Shown here: positions 14,487 through 22,872 of the stretch, in pieces | How the letters are laid out: the number at the start of each line of letters is the position of its first letter | Numbering within the stretch: the first letter of the stretch is position 1 | Assembly (NCBI GenBank): GCA_964570795.1 | Contig: CAZMYZ010000007.1 | Location: 1 to 45,475 of the forward strand | Length of the DNA stretch: 45,475 nt | DNA from: an uncultured Candidatus Saccharibacteria bacterium | Lineage (GTDB): Bacteria; Patescibacteriota; Minisyncoccia; Phycocordibacterales; UBA918 | Direction of reading: 5' to 3' | Made by a program: the position numbers and the translations under genes | Notes under the pieces: generated by a model | Told to the model about the DNA's origin: nothing | Database searches by the model: none | Seen by the model: only the letters and a program-made list of their open reading frames with translations

Positions 14487-16379
14487 TTAGACAATTCGGT
14501 CGGGATTGATGACAATGCGCACTGAAGGAGGAAGTGAGCGGAGGAGAGTACTTAGTTTTTGATTTGGCCATTCGCTACTCGGAACACGCATGAGCCCATA
14601 CATAATAGGTGCTTCTTTTGTAGAAGTAGGGCTTTGATACACCGAGAGTTTGTAGTCTTTAAGAATTGCAATGATATCCTCCTCGAGTTTTTTTGCGACC
14701 AGCGGCGCACCTTGCCAAGTGAGATGCACAAATGTGGCATAGGGTGGATACGCAAATGACTTGCGGAGTGCGAGTTCCTCGGTATAAAAATTCTCCACAT
14801 ACCCATGACGTGCAAAGGTGAGTGTGGGTGCTTCGGGGGCGCGTGTTTGTACAAATACGGTACCCTTGGTGCTTTCACGGAGTCGAAGGAGGAGCGCAAG
14901 ATTTTCTTCCTCAAGGCGCCAGGTAGGGGTGGCGAGGAGTGCATCCATATTGACCACCACCGAGAGGTCGACCGGCTCGGTGAGGTAGGGGAGTGTCATA
15001 TGAGTCCCGAGAAGGATTACTCCTTTGCCGGAGTAGAAGGTGTCACGAAGAAAAAGAGCCTTTTTGTATGTTTTTGCAGTGATGTGGTCGAAGAGAATGA
15101 CGGGGATGGTGGGGAATTGTTTATGCAACTCATCATACACTTGCTGAATGCCGATGCCACGTTCGCGGAGACGCCATGAGCCACAGGCGGTACAGGTGTC
15201 GCTTGCGCGTACACGCTCGCCGGAGGCACTACACACAAACCAGCGTTCTTCGACACCACCTTTCATAGTGCGAATGAGTGAGTATGGTGCACCACTCTCT
15301 TTTGAGCGAAAGATGTATCCACAGTCCACACACGAGACTACTGGTGCAAGTCCGCGCCGAGCTGCAAAGAGAAACATGCGCCCTTTTTTCTTTCGGACGT
15401 CTTTAATCGCCTGTACTACCTCAGGAGCAAAAAGGGCAAAGGAGGAAGTGAGGGTATTTTCTTTAGGCGTGGTGTCTATTACCTCAAGGGTACCAGGGAG
15501 TTCGATACGCTTCGGTGTTTCACCGAGTGTGGCGTACTGCTCATCACGCCGGAGCGCTTCCTCTTCAGCACGCGGTAAGATGTCGGCAAAGAGGAGTGTA
15601 CGTCCCGTGTGGCGTGTATGGATACGGAGCACATCGCGGTAGTCGAGATAGGGGCGGGTAAGTTCTTTGTAGTATGGGGAGCGCGCATGTTCGATAATGA
15701 CGGTTGTAATATCATGACGCTCAATAAGCGCGTAGGTAGGCGTGGTGATAATGAGTTTTGCTTTACTAAAGTCCTCGAGACGCTCAAATCCTTTTTTAAT
15801 TTCTGATTTGGTGCATGCGGTAGTGAGGAGAATAATGCGGTCTGCAATACCGCTTTGGAGTTCTGCACGTACCTCATCTGCTTCTATTGAAGAGGGAACG
15901 ACAATCAAGACCGAGCCGCTGTGCGCAAAAGTCTCACGAACGAGTGATCGGTACGCCAAGTAGCGGTCGCTTTTTTTTGCTTCAAGTACTTGTGGTGTAT
16001 GTGCTTCTTCTGGTGTCACATCATGGGTATGGGGAATTTCAATTTCACCATTCCTAATCTCAGGTGGAAGGAGTGCATAGAGCACAGCACCTACAGATGA
16101 CGCATAGTGAAGGGCAAGTTCTTCTGCGGTTTTGATGTACGCCTTTCCGAGCGAGTGAAGGGTTTTTTGAGGAGGGAGTTTGCGAAGTGAAAAGGTAGCC
16201 GCGCGAATAGCGGTTTTTGTGGTGCTTACCTCATGCACTTCGGTTACAAGTCCAAGTGCAGTTGTATTACGTACGGGTATCGTGACAATGCTTCCCGGGG
16301 GATAGGAAACACTCGAAAAGTATGAAAGGGAATCAAGTGTGACACCGCGGCGCAGCGGAACTACCGTAATTACGAACAT
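14487..16379 (-). CDS. priA: Primosomal protein N' (PriA)-like, with degenerate helicase motifs
   Basis: Collinear with PriA. The N-terminal 3'-DNA-binding-like region starts at MFVITVVPLRRGV (ATG at 16379). A Cys cluster is present (CVDCGY...C...CTACGS), as is the C-terminal domain. It sits in the classic priA-def-fmt position. Walker A, Walker B and motif VI are not conserved (see findings). Confidence 0.7.
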   Translation of the reverse strand: MFVITVVPLRRGVTLDSLSYFSSVSYPPGSIVTIPVRNTTALGLVTEVHEVSTTKTAIRAATFSLRKLPPQKTLHSLGKAYIKTAEELALHYASSVGAVLYALLPPEIRNGEIEIPHTHDVTPEEAHTPQVLEAKKSDRYLAYRSLVRETFAHSGSVLIVVPSSIEADEVRAELQSGIADRIILLTTACTKSEIKKGFERLEDFSKAKLIITTPTYALIERHDITTVIIEHARSPYYKELTRPYLDYRDVLRIHTRHTGRTLLFADILPRAEEEALRRDEQYATLGETPKRIELPGTLEVIDTTPKENTLTSSFALFAPEVVQAIKDVRKKKGRMFLFAARRGLAPVVSCVDCGYIFRSKESGAPYSLIRTMKGGVEERWFVCSASGERVRASDTCTACGSWRLRERGIGIQQVYDELHKQFPTIPVILFDHITAKTYKKALFLRDTFYSGKGVILLGTHMTLPYLTEPVDLSVVVNMDALLATPTWRLEEENLALLLRLRESTKGTVFVQTRAPEAPTLTFARHGYVENFYTEELALRKSFAYPPYATFVHLTWQGAPLVAKKLEEDIIAILKDYKLSVYQSPTSTKEAPIMYGLMRVPSSEWPNQKLSTLLRSLPPSVRIVINPDRIV

Positions 16380-16477
16380 TCTGGGTATTCTAGCAAAAAT
16401 GACGATAAGACAGAAATAAGAGTGTTTGTATAAGAAAATGCCTGGGCCATATAAGGTGGCCCAGGCATACTCGCGCA

Positions 16478-16807
16478 TCATTTTTCGTCAGTGCTGTAGG
16501 GGAGTTTAAATGCTGTCAGGCACAGTGCACAAAAGTATTTTGTTTTTTTAACCATTTGCGGTGATTCAAAAGATCCCACGTTTTCCCAGTACGTTTCGAC
16601 GTATAAATCACCGTCGCATGCAAGGATTGGACATTCCCCAATCATATGACTTACGGTCTCGTAGCCGAGGGTGGGTCTTGTGCTAGGACTTTCCGCGGCC
16701 ATTGCGGCGTCAAACTTGTGTACTTCTTCCAGTGTGGGTCCTGTTTGGGGTGTGTGCACGCTTGCACCTTCTGTGGGTGCGATGATGCGCGATATGTCTT
16801 TGAACAT
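16478..16807 (-). CDS. Hypothetical protein (109 aa, five Cys)
   Basis: ORF track entry with no recognisable motif. Confidence 0.4.
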   Translation of the reverse strand: MFKDISRIIAPTEGASVHTPQTGPTLEEVHKFDAAMAAESPSTRPTLGYETVSHMIGECPILACDGDLYVETYWENVGSFESPQMVKKTKYFCALCLTAFKLPYSTDEK

Positions 16808-16970
16808 CTCTGACTCCTTTCGTCAATGAGCAATACTCTAAAAGGCTACCATGTACGGAGAGTGGTATCAATGGAGCGAATCCAATATGCCAGGGCGCGC
16901 TCTGGCATATTGCAATTCTATCCAGCACATGTACCATTGCCGTGTTACGTTCTTATAGAGAGGAAACAAC

Positions 16971-17279
16971 ATGTTGAAACCTATTGATGACGATTTCCGT
17001 GACATAATTGGATTTGTGCCGAAGGTGACTGCAGCACAGGAACAGAGCACTTTTCGATATGTTGTTGCGGATGCGGTGCAGTACAAAATTTTTGGGACCA
17101 ACGATGTGCGTGATTTACTCACACCGAAATATTTTAAAGGGCACTCCATCTTTGATAGGGTAAAAGGCATCGAAATGAAGCCCAAGGATCTCGCCCTTCG
17201 ATACATTGGCACATTGAGTCCAGAAAAAAAGAGTGCTTTATTTCTCGAGATGATGGTCCACTATCTCACCCAGAAATGA
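16971..17279 (+). CDS. Hypothetical protein (102 aa)
   Basis: ORF track entry followed by a hairpin terminator. Confidence 0.45.
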   Translation: MLKPIDDDFRDIIGFVPKVTAAQEQSTFRYVVADAVQYKIFGTNDVRDLLTPKYFKGHSIFDRVKGIEMKPKDLALRYIGTLSPEKKSALFLEMMVHYLTQK

Positions 17280-17283
17280 AAAA

Positions 17284-17309
17284 GCCTCGGTCGCGTACGC
17301 GACCGGGGC
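17284..17309. terminator. Bidirectional GC-rich hairpin between convergent genes
   Basis: GCCTCGGTCGCG TA CGCGACCGGGGC, with AAAAA to the left and TTATAATATT to the right. Confidence 0.65.
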
Positions 17310-17324
17310 TTATAATATTATTGC

Positions 17325-18827
17325 TTAAAACTCATCAAGGTATTGCACCTCAGCACCAAGGGAGGTGAGGCGTTCAACGAGGTTTTCGTAACCGCGATTG
17401 ATACTGTATATATTGCGTAAAACCGAGTGACCCTTGGCGCCAAGCATTGCAATGAGAAGGATGGTCGCAGGGCGCAGCGCGGGTGGGCAGATGAGTTCAT
17501 TGGGACGAAGGGTGCGCGGTCCCGTGATGTAGATACGATGGGGGTCGGCGAGCACGGTATCGGCACCGAGTTTGTCGAGTTCAGTAAAGTAGAGTGCGCG
17601 CTTTTCGTACACCCAGTCGTGAATAAGCGTCTGTCCCACTGCCTGTGTGGCAATCACCGCAAAGAAGGGGAGGTTGTCGATGTTGAGTCCGGGGTATACC
17701 GAGGGGTGAATCTTTTCATGAAGGGCAACGAGTTTCGACGGTTTTGTGGTGATGTCGACCAGTTTGGTGACACCATTTGTTGATAGGTACACTTTCGATT
17801 TTGTGTATTTGAATCCCATCTTCTCAAGTTTTAAAAGTTCAATTTCAAGAAACTCAATAGGGCATCGCTCAATTTTAATACTCGAGTTGGTCACAATCGC
17901 GGTCGCAAGGAAGAACATGGTGTCGGTAGGGTCTTCTGAAAGGGTGTACTCAATATCCTGTTTGAGTTCACTGATACCGTGGACGGTGAGTGTGGTGGTG
18001 CCGACACCCTCGATACGGACACCACATGACTGAAAGTAGGTACACATCTCCTGTACTTGGTAGTTTGCGGACGCGTATTTGATAACCGTCGTTGAAGGAG
18101 TGAGTGCTGCTGCCATGAGTGCATTTTCGGTCACGGTATCCCCTGATTCGTAGAGAATAATCTCAGTAGGTTTTTTCGGGGTTACGGATACTTTGAAATC
18201 AGTATCGGTGGTCTCGATATCGACACCAAAGTGTTCGAGCGCGTAGAAGTGTGGACGTACTGTGCGGCTGCCGAGTTTGCATCCTCCGGACTGGGGGAGT
18301 GAGAAGGAGTGGAGGGTGTGAATGAGAGGGCCAATAAACATCACGATACTGCGTGTCTTACGTGCCGCTTCGACGTCTATTTTCTTAAGCGCAAATACTT
18401 TTGGTGGTGTGAGAGTGACGTCGCTTCCGTTCCATTCCACACGCATACCGATACTCTGGAGTACTTCAATGATGCGATGTACTTCCTCAATGCGTGGTAC
18501 CCGACGCAGTGTGGTCTTTCCCTTGTTCATGAGGGACGCACAGAGAAGCCCCACGGCACCATTTTTGGAAGTAGAGGTCACCACCGTCCCATGGAGTTTT
18601 TTTCCACCCTCAATAGAGAGATTCATAGAGCCAGGGGAGAGGGTGACGAGGTTCTTCTTCAGCGCGCGTCCAAGTTTTTTGAGCATGTCGGCACTCACAT
18701 TTTGTTTGCCGCTTTCAATACGTGCAATGGCACTTTGGGTAGTTTTCAAAAGTTTTGCAAGTTCGCCCTGGGTCATCCCCTGTGTCTCGCGGAGGTCGGC
18801 TATCTGCTGTCCTATGTGTGTATGCAT
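17325..18827 (-). CDS. murA: Fusion protein: N-terminal XRE-family HTH plus UDP-N-acetylglucosamine 1-carboxyvinyltransferase (MurA)
   Basis: Residues 1-65, IGQQIADLRETQGMTQGELAKLLKTTQSAIARIESGKQNVSADMLKKLGRAL, form a classic Cro/C1-type HTH. The rest is collinear with MurA, including the catalytic-loop Cys (LPQSGGCKLGSRTVRPH) and the C-terminal INRGYENLVERLTSLGAEV. Confidence 0.8.
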   Translation of the reverse strand: MHTHIGQQIADLRETQGMTQGELAKLLKTTQSAIARIESGKQNVSADMLKKLGRALKKNLVTLSPGSMNLSIEGGKKLHGTVVTSTSKNGAVGLLCASLMNKGKTTLRRVPRIEEVHRIIEVLQSIGMRVEWNGSDVTLTPPKVFALKKIDVEAARKTRSIVMFIGPLIHTLHSFSLPQSGGCKLGSRTVRPHFYALEHFGVDIETTDTDFKVSVTPKKPTEIILYESGDTVTENALMAAALTPSTTVIKYASANYQVQEMCTYFQSCGVRIEGVGTTTLTVHGISELKQDIEYTLSEDPTDTMFFLATAIVTNSSIKIERCPIEFLEIELLKLEKMGFKYTKSKVYLSTNGVTKLVDITTKPSKLVALHEKIHPSVYPGLNIDNLPFFAVIATQAVGQTLIHDWVYEKRALYFTELDKLGADTVLADPHRIYITGPRTLRPNELICPPALRPATILLIAMLGAKGHSVLRNIYSINRGYENLVERLTSLGAEVQYLDEF

Positions 18828-18860
18828 GCGTGAGATGCTTAATTCAATAATACTTGTAGT

Positions 18861-18876
18861 ATAGCATCTATGCTAT
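18861..18876. promoter_or_regulatory. 7-2-7 palindrome ATAGCAT CT ATGCTAT, a candidate operator in the HTH-murA / mreB divergent region
   Basis: Perfect 7-nt inverted arms, 34 nt upstream of the HTH-MurA start codon. Two further palindromes are nearby: AAAAGCGCTTTT at 18904-18915 and CCTGTACAGG at 18933-18942. Confidence 0.3.
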
Positions 18877-18989
18877 GTGGGCAAGTGTGTGCTGTGGATT
18901 TTGAAAAGCGCTTTTGACCACATGCTCTGTTTCCTGTACAGGGTTTCCAGACATGCACTATACAGGTACTATTAGTCACTCTTTCGTAT

Positions 18990-20003
18990 ATGTCACATAG
19001 TTTTACTCCAAAGGTGGGCATCGACCTCGGTACAACCAATGTACTCGTGTTTGTTGATGGGAAAGGGATTCTCCTCAATGAACCCTCGGTGGTAGCGGTT
19101 TCAGGGCAGAGCGAGATTCTTGCGGTGGGGAGCGAGGCAAAGCGCATGATTGGTCGTACGCCCGATACCATACGCGCGTACCGTCCCATGAAGGATGGGG
19201 TGATTGCCGATTATCGCGTGACCGAGGCGATGCTTCGCTATTTCCTTAAAAAAGCATTGGGTAGTTTTAATATTTTTAAACCCGATGTACTCGTGTCGGT
19301 GCCGGCAGGAGTATCCTCTACGGAGAAGCGTGCAGTGATTGAGGCAACGCTGAAAGCAGGTGCACGCAATGTGTATGTGGTGAAAGAACCTATCCTTGCA
19401 GCGATTGGCGCAAAGGTTCCTATTTATGAGCCACAGGGACATATGATTGTTGATATTGGTGGTGGTACTATCGACGTAGCGGTTATTTCTCTCGGAGGCA
19501 TTGTGTCTGCAAACTCAGTGAAGTGTGCGGGGAATAAAATAGATGCAGCGATAATTGATCATGTGAAAAAGACCCATAACCTTGCAATTGGTGATAAAAC
19601 CGCCGAGGACATTAAGATTGGTGTTGGTTCTGCGCTACCGCTCGAAGAGGAAATTAGTATGAGTGTGAGTGGTCGTGATTTGCTCACGGGACTTCCGCGT
19701 ACGGTAGAAATAAAGACAAATGAAATCGTGCGTGCTATTTCACGTGAGTTGCGGGAGATGGTAAAGGCCATCAAGGATGTTTTTCAGGATACCCCACCCG
19801 AACTTGCTTCAGACATCATCGATCATGGCATTATCATGACTGGTGGTACGTCACAACTGAGAAATTTCCCCGAACTCGTAAAGCGTCGCACGGGAGTGAA
19901 AGCAACACTCGCTGACCAAGCACTCTTTTGTGTGGCAAAGGGAACTGGGGAGGCACTCCAACACCTCGATATCTACAAGCGCACTATTCTCGCTAAGCGG
20001 TAG
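18990..20003 (+). CDS. mreB: Rod-shape-determining actin homologue MreB (copy 1, monocistronic)
   Basis: VGIDLGTTNVLVFV, EPSVVA, GRTP, MIVDIGGGTIDVAVISLGG and IIMTGGTSQLRN are the actin-fold phosphate and adenosine motifs in MreB order. Confidence 0.9.
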   Translation: MSHSFTPKVGIDLGTTNVLVFVDGKGILLNEPSVVAVSGQSEILAVGSEAKRMIGRTPDTIRAYRPMKDGVIADYRVTEAMLRYFLKKALGSFNIFKPDVLVSVPAGVSSTEKRAVIEATLKAGARNVYVVKEPILAAIGAKVPIYEPQGHMIVDIGGGTIDVAVISLGGIVSANSVKCAGNKIDAAIIDHVKKTHNLAIGDKTAEDIKIGVGSALPLEEEISMSVSGRDLLTGLPRTVEIKTNEIVRAISRELREMVKAIKDVFQDTPPELASDIIDHGIIMTGGTSQLRNFPELVKRRTGVKATLADQALFCVAKGTGEALQHLDIYKRTILAKR

Positions 20004-20020
20004 GAAAAAAATAAGAAAGC

Positions 20021-20054
20021 AAACTCCGCAGCCAAAGGCTGCGGAGTTTCTTTC
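20021..20054 (+). terminator. Intrinsic terminator after mreB copy 1
   Basis: 13-bp stem AAACTCCGCAGCC AAA GGCTGCGGAGTTT followed by TCTTTCC. Confidence 0.75.
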
Positions 20055-20067
20055 CACCTCTCTATAC

Positions 20068-20095
20068 TTACGATACCCCCGCCACGCGGTATGAT
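20068..20095 (+). promoter_or_regulatory. Candidate sigma70-type promoter (TTACGA - 16 nt - TATGAT) ending 6 nt before the ATG of the ATPase gene
   Basis: Read directly from the sequence. The spacing would place the transcription start at or next to the ATG at 20102, giving a leaderless mRNA. Confidence 0.3.
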
Positions 20096-20101
20096 ATTGG
20101 T

Positions 20102-22828
20102 ATGGAAATACCACAGCAGAAATTTAAAACCCCTGAGGAGGAGATTGCTTTTTTACGTGAGGAGATTGCACGTCGTGAACAAGACGTTCTTGCGCGTAAT
20201 AGAGAAATGGATATTGCCGACCGCGATAGCGTGGGGAAAGAGGTGATGCGTGAGTATGGAGAGTATGACCCGGGAATGGTGCTTGAAAAAAAACATCAAC
20301 TCTCTCCGCTTGCAGTAGCAGAGTCGCACGGGGCGGTAGAACTCGCACCACACAAAGTGGAGGAGATAGTCCATATTGCATATGAAAAAGGTATTCGAAA
20401 CGCCATGTCGGTTCTTGAGCGTATGGATGACCCATTTCTTGCTGACGAAGTCCATCGTGAACTTGCGCGTCTTATTCGCAATGAAAAGCAAGTTGCCGAC
20501 CTCAAGGAAGGTATGCCACTCTGGAAGGTGCTCAACATGTCACTCTTTGAGGTGGCGTTGCCACATCAGCCCGATGAGGCAAAACAAGACAATATAAAAG
20601 CAATTTTTGCGGCGATGGAGCAGTTTTATTCGGGTATGCAGACTATCTCTGCCCGCAAGAGTAATCTCTACTATACCCTCGAAATTGCGGTCTCTGATAA
20701 GAGTGACGATATTATTTTCTATATTGCAGTACCGACTGAGTTTGAAAATCTTTTTGAAAAGCACGCCCTCTCACTCTTTCCGCATGCAGTCCTCCGTGCA
20801 CAGCAAAATGATTACAATATTTTTGTGGAAGGCGGTGCGAGCGCAGTGTCGGTTCTTGAATTGAAGAAGCACCCCATCTATCCACTAAAACTCCATGAGA
20901 CTTTCGAGAAAGACCCCCTCAATGTTATTTTGAATGCCTTTTCAAAAATTGAACGTGATGGTGGCGGTGCGGCAATTCAGATAGTGGTGGGCGACGGTGC
21001 TGATGCGTACCATGCCGAGTATAGCGGGATTGTGAAGCGTATGGAAAAGGGTGAGAAGGCAGAAGTCTCTATTCGTAAGAGTAGTTTTGGCGGCCAGTTT
21101 TTTGAACTGGTGAAAGATATGGCGGTAGACCAAAAAAAGAAGGATGACCCCAATAATCCCGAAAACAAAGTAGATACCGAAAAGATTGAGATTTTTGGTA
21201 AAAAAATATTGTCGCCGGTAGTAGACACCAATATCCGTCTCGCTGTTTCTGCAACCACACAGCCACGTGCACAACAGATACTTACCGAACTTGAATCTTG
21301 TTTCAATCAGTTCCAGGATATGAAAGGGAATCAATGTTCCTTTAAACGTTTTTTAGGCGGGAAGCAGCAGAAGGCATTACGTGATTTTTCTTTCCGTCAA
21401 TTTGATTCTTCGTATGCGGTGCCGCTCTCACTTACCGAACTTTCGACCATTGTTCACTTTCCTGCAGAGGGTATTGAGTCCACACCACAGTTCAAGCAGT
21501 CGCGCGCAAAAGGTGTTTCAGCACCACTCAATCTTCCTAACCACGGTACGCTTCTTGGTGTAAATGAGTATCGCAACATAGCCACAAAGGTATTTCTCAC
21601 ACCAGAGGATCGTCTCCGTCACTTTTATGTGATTGGACAGACGGGTACGGGTAAAACAACGCTCATTAAAAATATGGTGGTACAGGATATTCAAGAAGGA
21701 GCAGGCGTGTGTTTTATTGATCCGCACGGTACCGATATTATGCATATTATTGCAGCGATTCCGCCTGAGCGCATTGATGATGTTATTTACTTTGATCCTT
21801 CGAATCTTGAAACATCACTTGGGCTTAATATGCTTGAGTATGATGAACAAAAGCCAGAACAGAAGACTTTTATTGTGAACGAGTTGCTCTCTATGTTCCA
21901 GAAACTCTACGGAGCAAACCCAGAATCTATGGGGCCAATGTTTGAGCAGTACTTCCGCAACTCGACACTCCTCGTGATGGAGGACCCTGCCTCGGGAAGC
22001 ACTCTTCTTGATATATCGCGCGTCATGGCAGATCCGGTATTCCGTGCACGCAAACTCGCAAAGACCACCAATCCTGTGGTGAAGCAATTCTGGGAAAAAA
22101 TTGCCACAAAGGCAGGTGGTGATCAATCTCTAGAAAACTTTGTGCCATATATCACCTCAAAGATTGACCCCCTTACCGCGAACGACTACATGCGCCCTAT
22201 TATTGGCCAACAGCACTCGTCATTCAACTTCCGTGACATTATGGACTCGAAGAAAATCCTCCTTGTGAATCTTTCGAAAGGACGTCTTGGAGAACTCAAT
22301 GCCAATCTCATCGGTATGGTGATTGTCGGCAAGATACTTATGGCAGCACTTTCACGTGTGGACGACCCGACGCAAAGTTTCCCGCCGTTCTATCTCTATA
22401 TTGATGAATTCCAAAACGTCACCACTGATTCTATCTCGGCAATTCTTTCTGAAGCTCGCAAGTATAAACTCGGCCTCACCATAGCACATCAATTTATTGC
22501 ACAAATAGATGAGAAAATTCGCGACGCGGTCTTTGGTAACGTGGGTTCGATGGCGGTCTTCCGTGTGGGTACCGAGGATGCAGTCTTTCTTGAGAAGCAA
22601 TTTGCACCAACCTTCCTTACGAATGATCTTATGAATATAGAAAACAGAAATGCATATATCCGCATTCTTTCAAACGGTACGCCAACACAGCCATTTAATA
22701 TTCACACGATGAAACCAAGTGATCCTAATCCTGAGTACGCCCGACAACTTATTGAATACTCAACACTTAAGTATGGGACACCACGTCTCGAGGTGGATGC
22801 TGCAATACGTGCACGCTATCTTTCTTAG
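20102..22828 (+). CDS. TraD/VirD4 (type IV coupling protein)-like P-loop ATPase with a ~480-aa soluble N-terminal region and no TM segments
   Basis: Walker A is VIGQTGTGKTT (GQTGTGKT at 21635-21658) and Walker B is FYLYIDEFQN (about 22391-22408). The C-terminal LTIAHQFIAQI....VFGNVGSMAVFRVG resembles the TraD/TraG C-terminal module. The N-terminus is hydrophilic and partly coiled coil. Confidence 0.7.
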   Translation: MEIPQQKFKTPEEEIAFLREEIARREQDVLARNREMDIADRDSVGKEVMREYGEYDPGMVLEKKHQLSPLAVAESHGAVELAPHKVEEIVHIAYEKGIRNAMSVLERMDDPFLADEVHRELARLIRNEKQVADLKEGMPLWKVLNMSLFEVALPHQPDEAKQDNIKAIFAAMEQFYSGMQTISARKSNLYYTLEIAVSDKSDDIIFYIAVPTEFENLFEKHALSLFPHAVLRAQQNDYNIFVEGGASAVSVLELKKHPIYPLKLHETFEKDPLNVILNAFSKIERDGGGAAIQIVVGDGADAYHAEYSGIVKRMEKGEKAEVSIRKSSFGGQFFELVKDMAVDQKKKDDPNNPENKVDTEKIEIFGKKILSPVVDTNIRLAVSATTQPRAQQILTELESCFNQFQDMKGNQCSFKRFLGGKQQKALRDFSFRQFDSSYAVPLSLTELSTIVHFPAEGIESTPQFKQSRAKGVSAPLNLPNHGTLLGVNEYRNIATKVFLTPEDRLRHFYVIGQTGTGKTTLIKNMVVQDIQEGAGVCFIDPHGTDIMHIIAAIPPERIDDVIYFDPSNLETSLGLNMLEYDEQKPEQKTFIVNELLSMFQKLYGANPESMGPMFEQYFRNSTLLVMEDPASGSTLLDISRVMADPVFRARKLAKTTNPVVKQFWEKIATKAGGDQSLENFVPYITSKIDPLTANDYMRPIIGQQHSSFNFRDIMDSKKILLVNLSKGRLGELNANLIGMVIVGKILMAALSRVDDPTQSFPPFYLYIDEFQNVTTDSISAILSEARKYKLGLTIAHQFIAQIDEKIRDAVFGNVGSMAVFRVGTEDAVFLEKQFAPTFLTNDLMNIENRNAYIRILSNGTPTQPFNIHTMKPSDPNPEYARQLIEYSTLKYGTPRLEVDAAIRARYLS

Positions 22829-22872
22829 TTATCAACGGTCGTCAGCACTGTACGCTTCGGTGCGATGGTACA

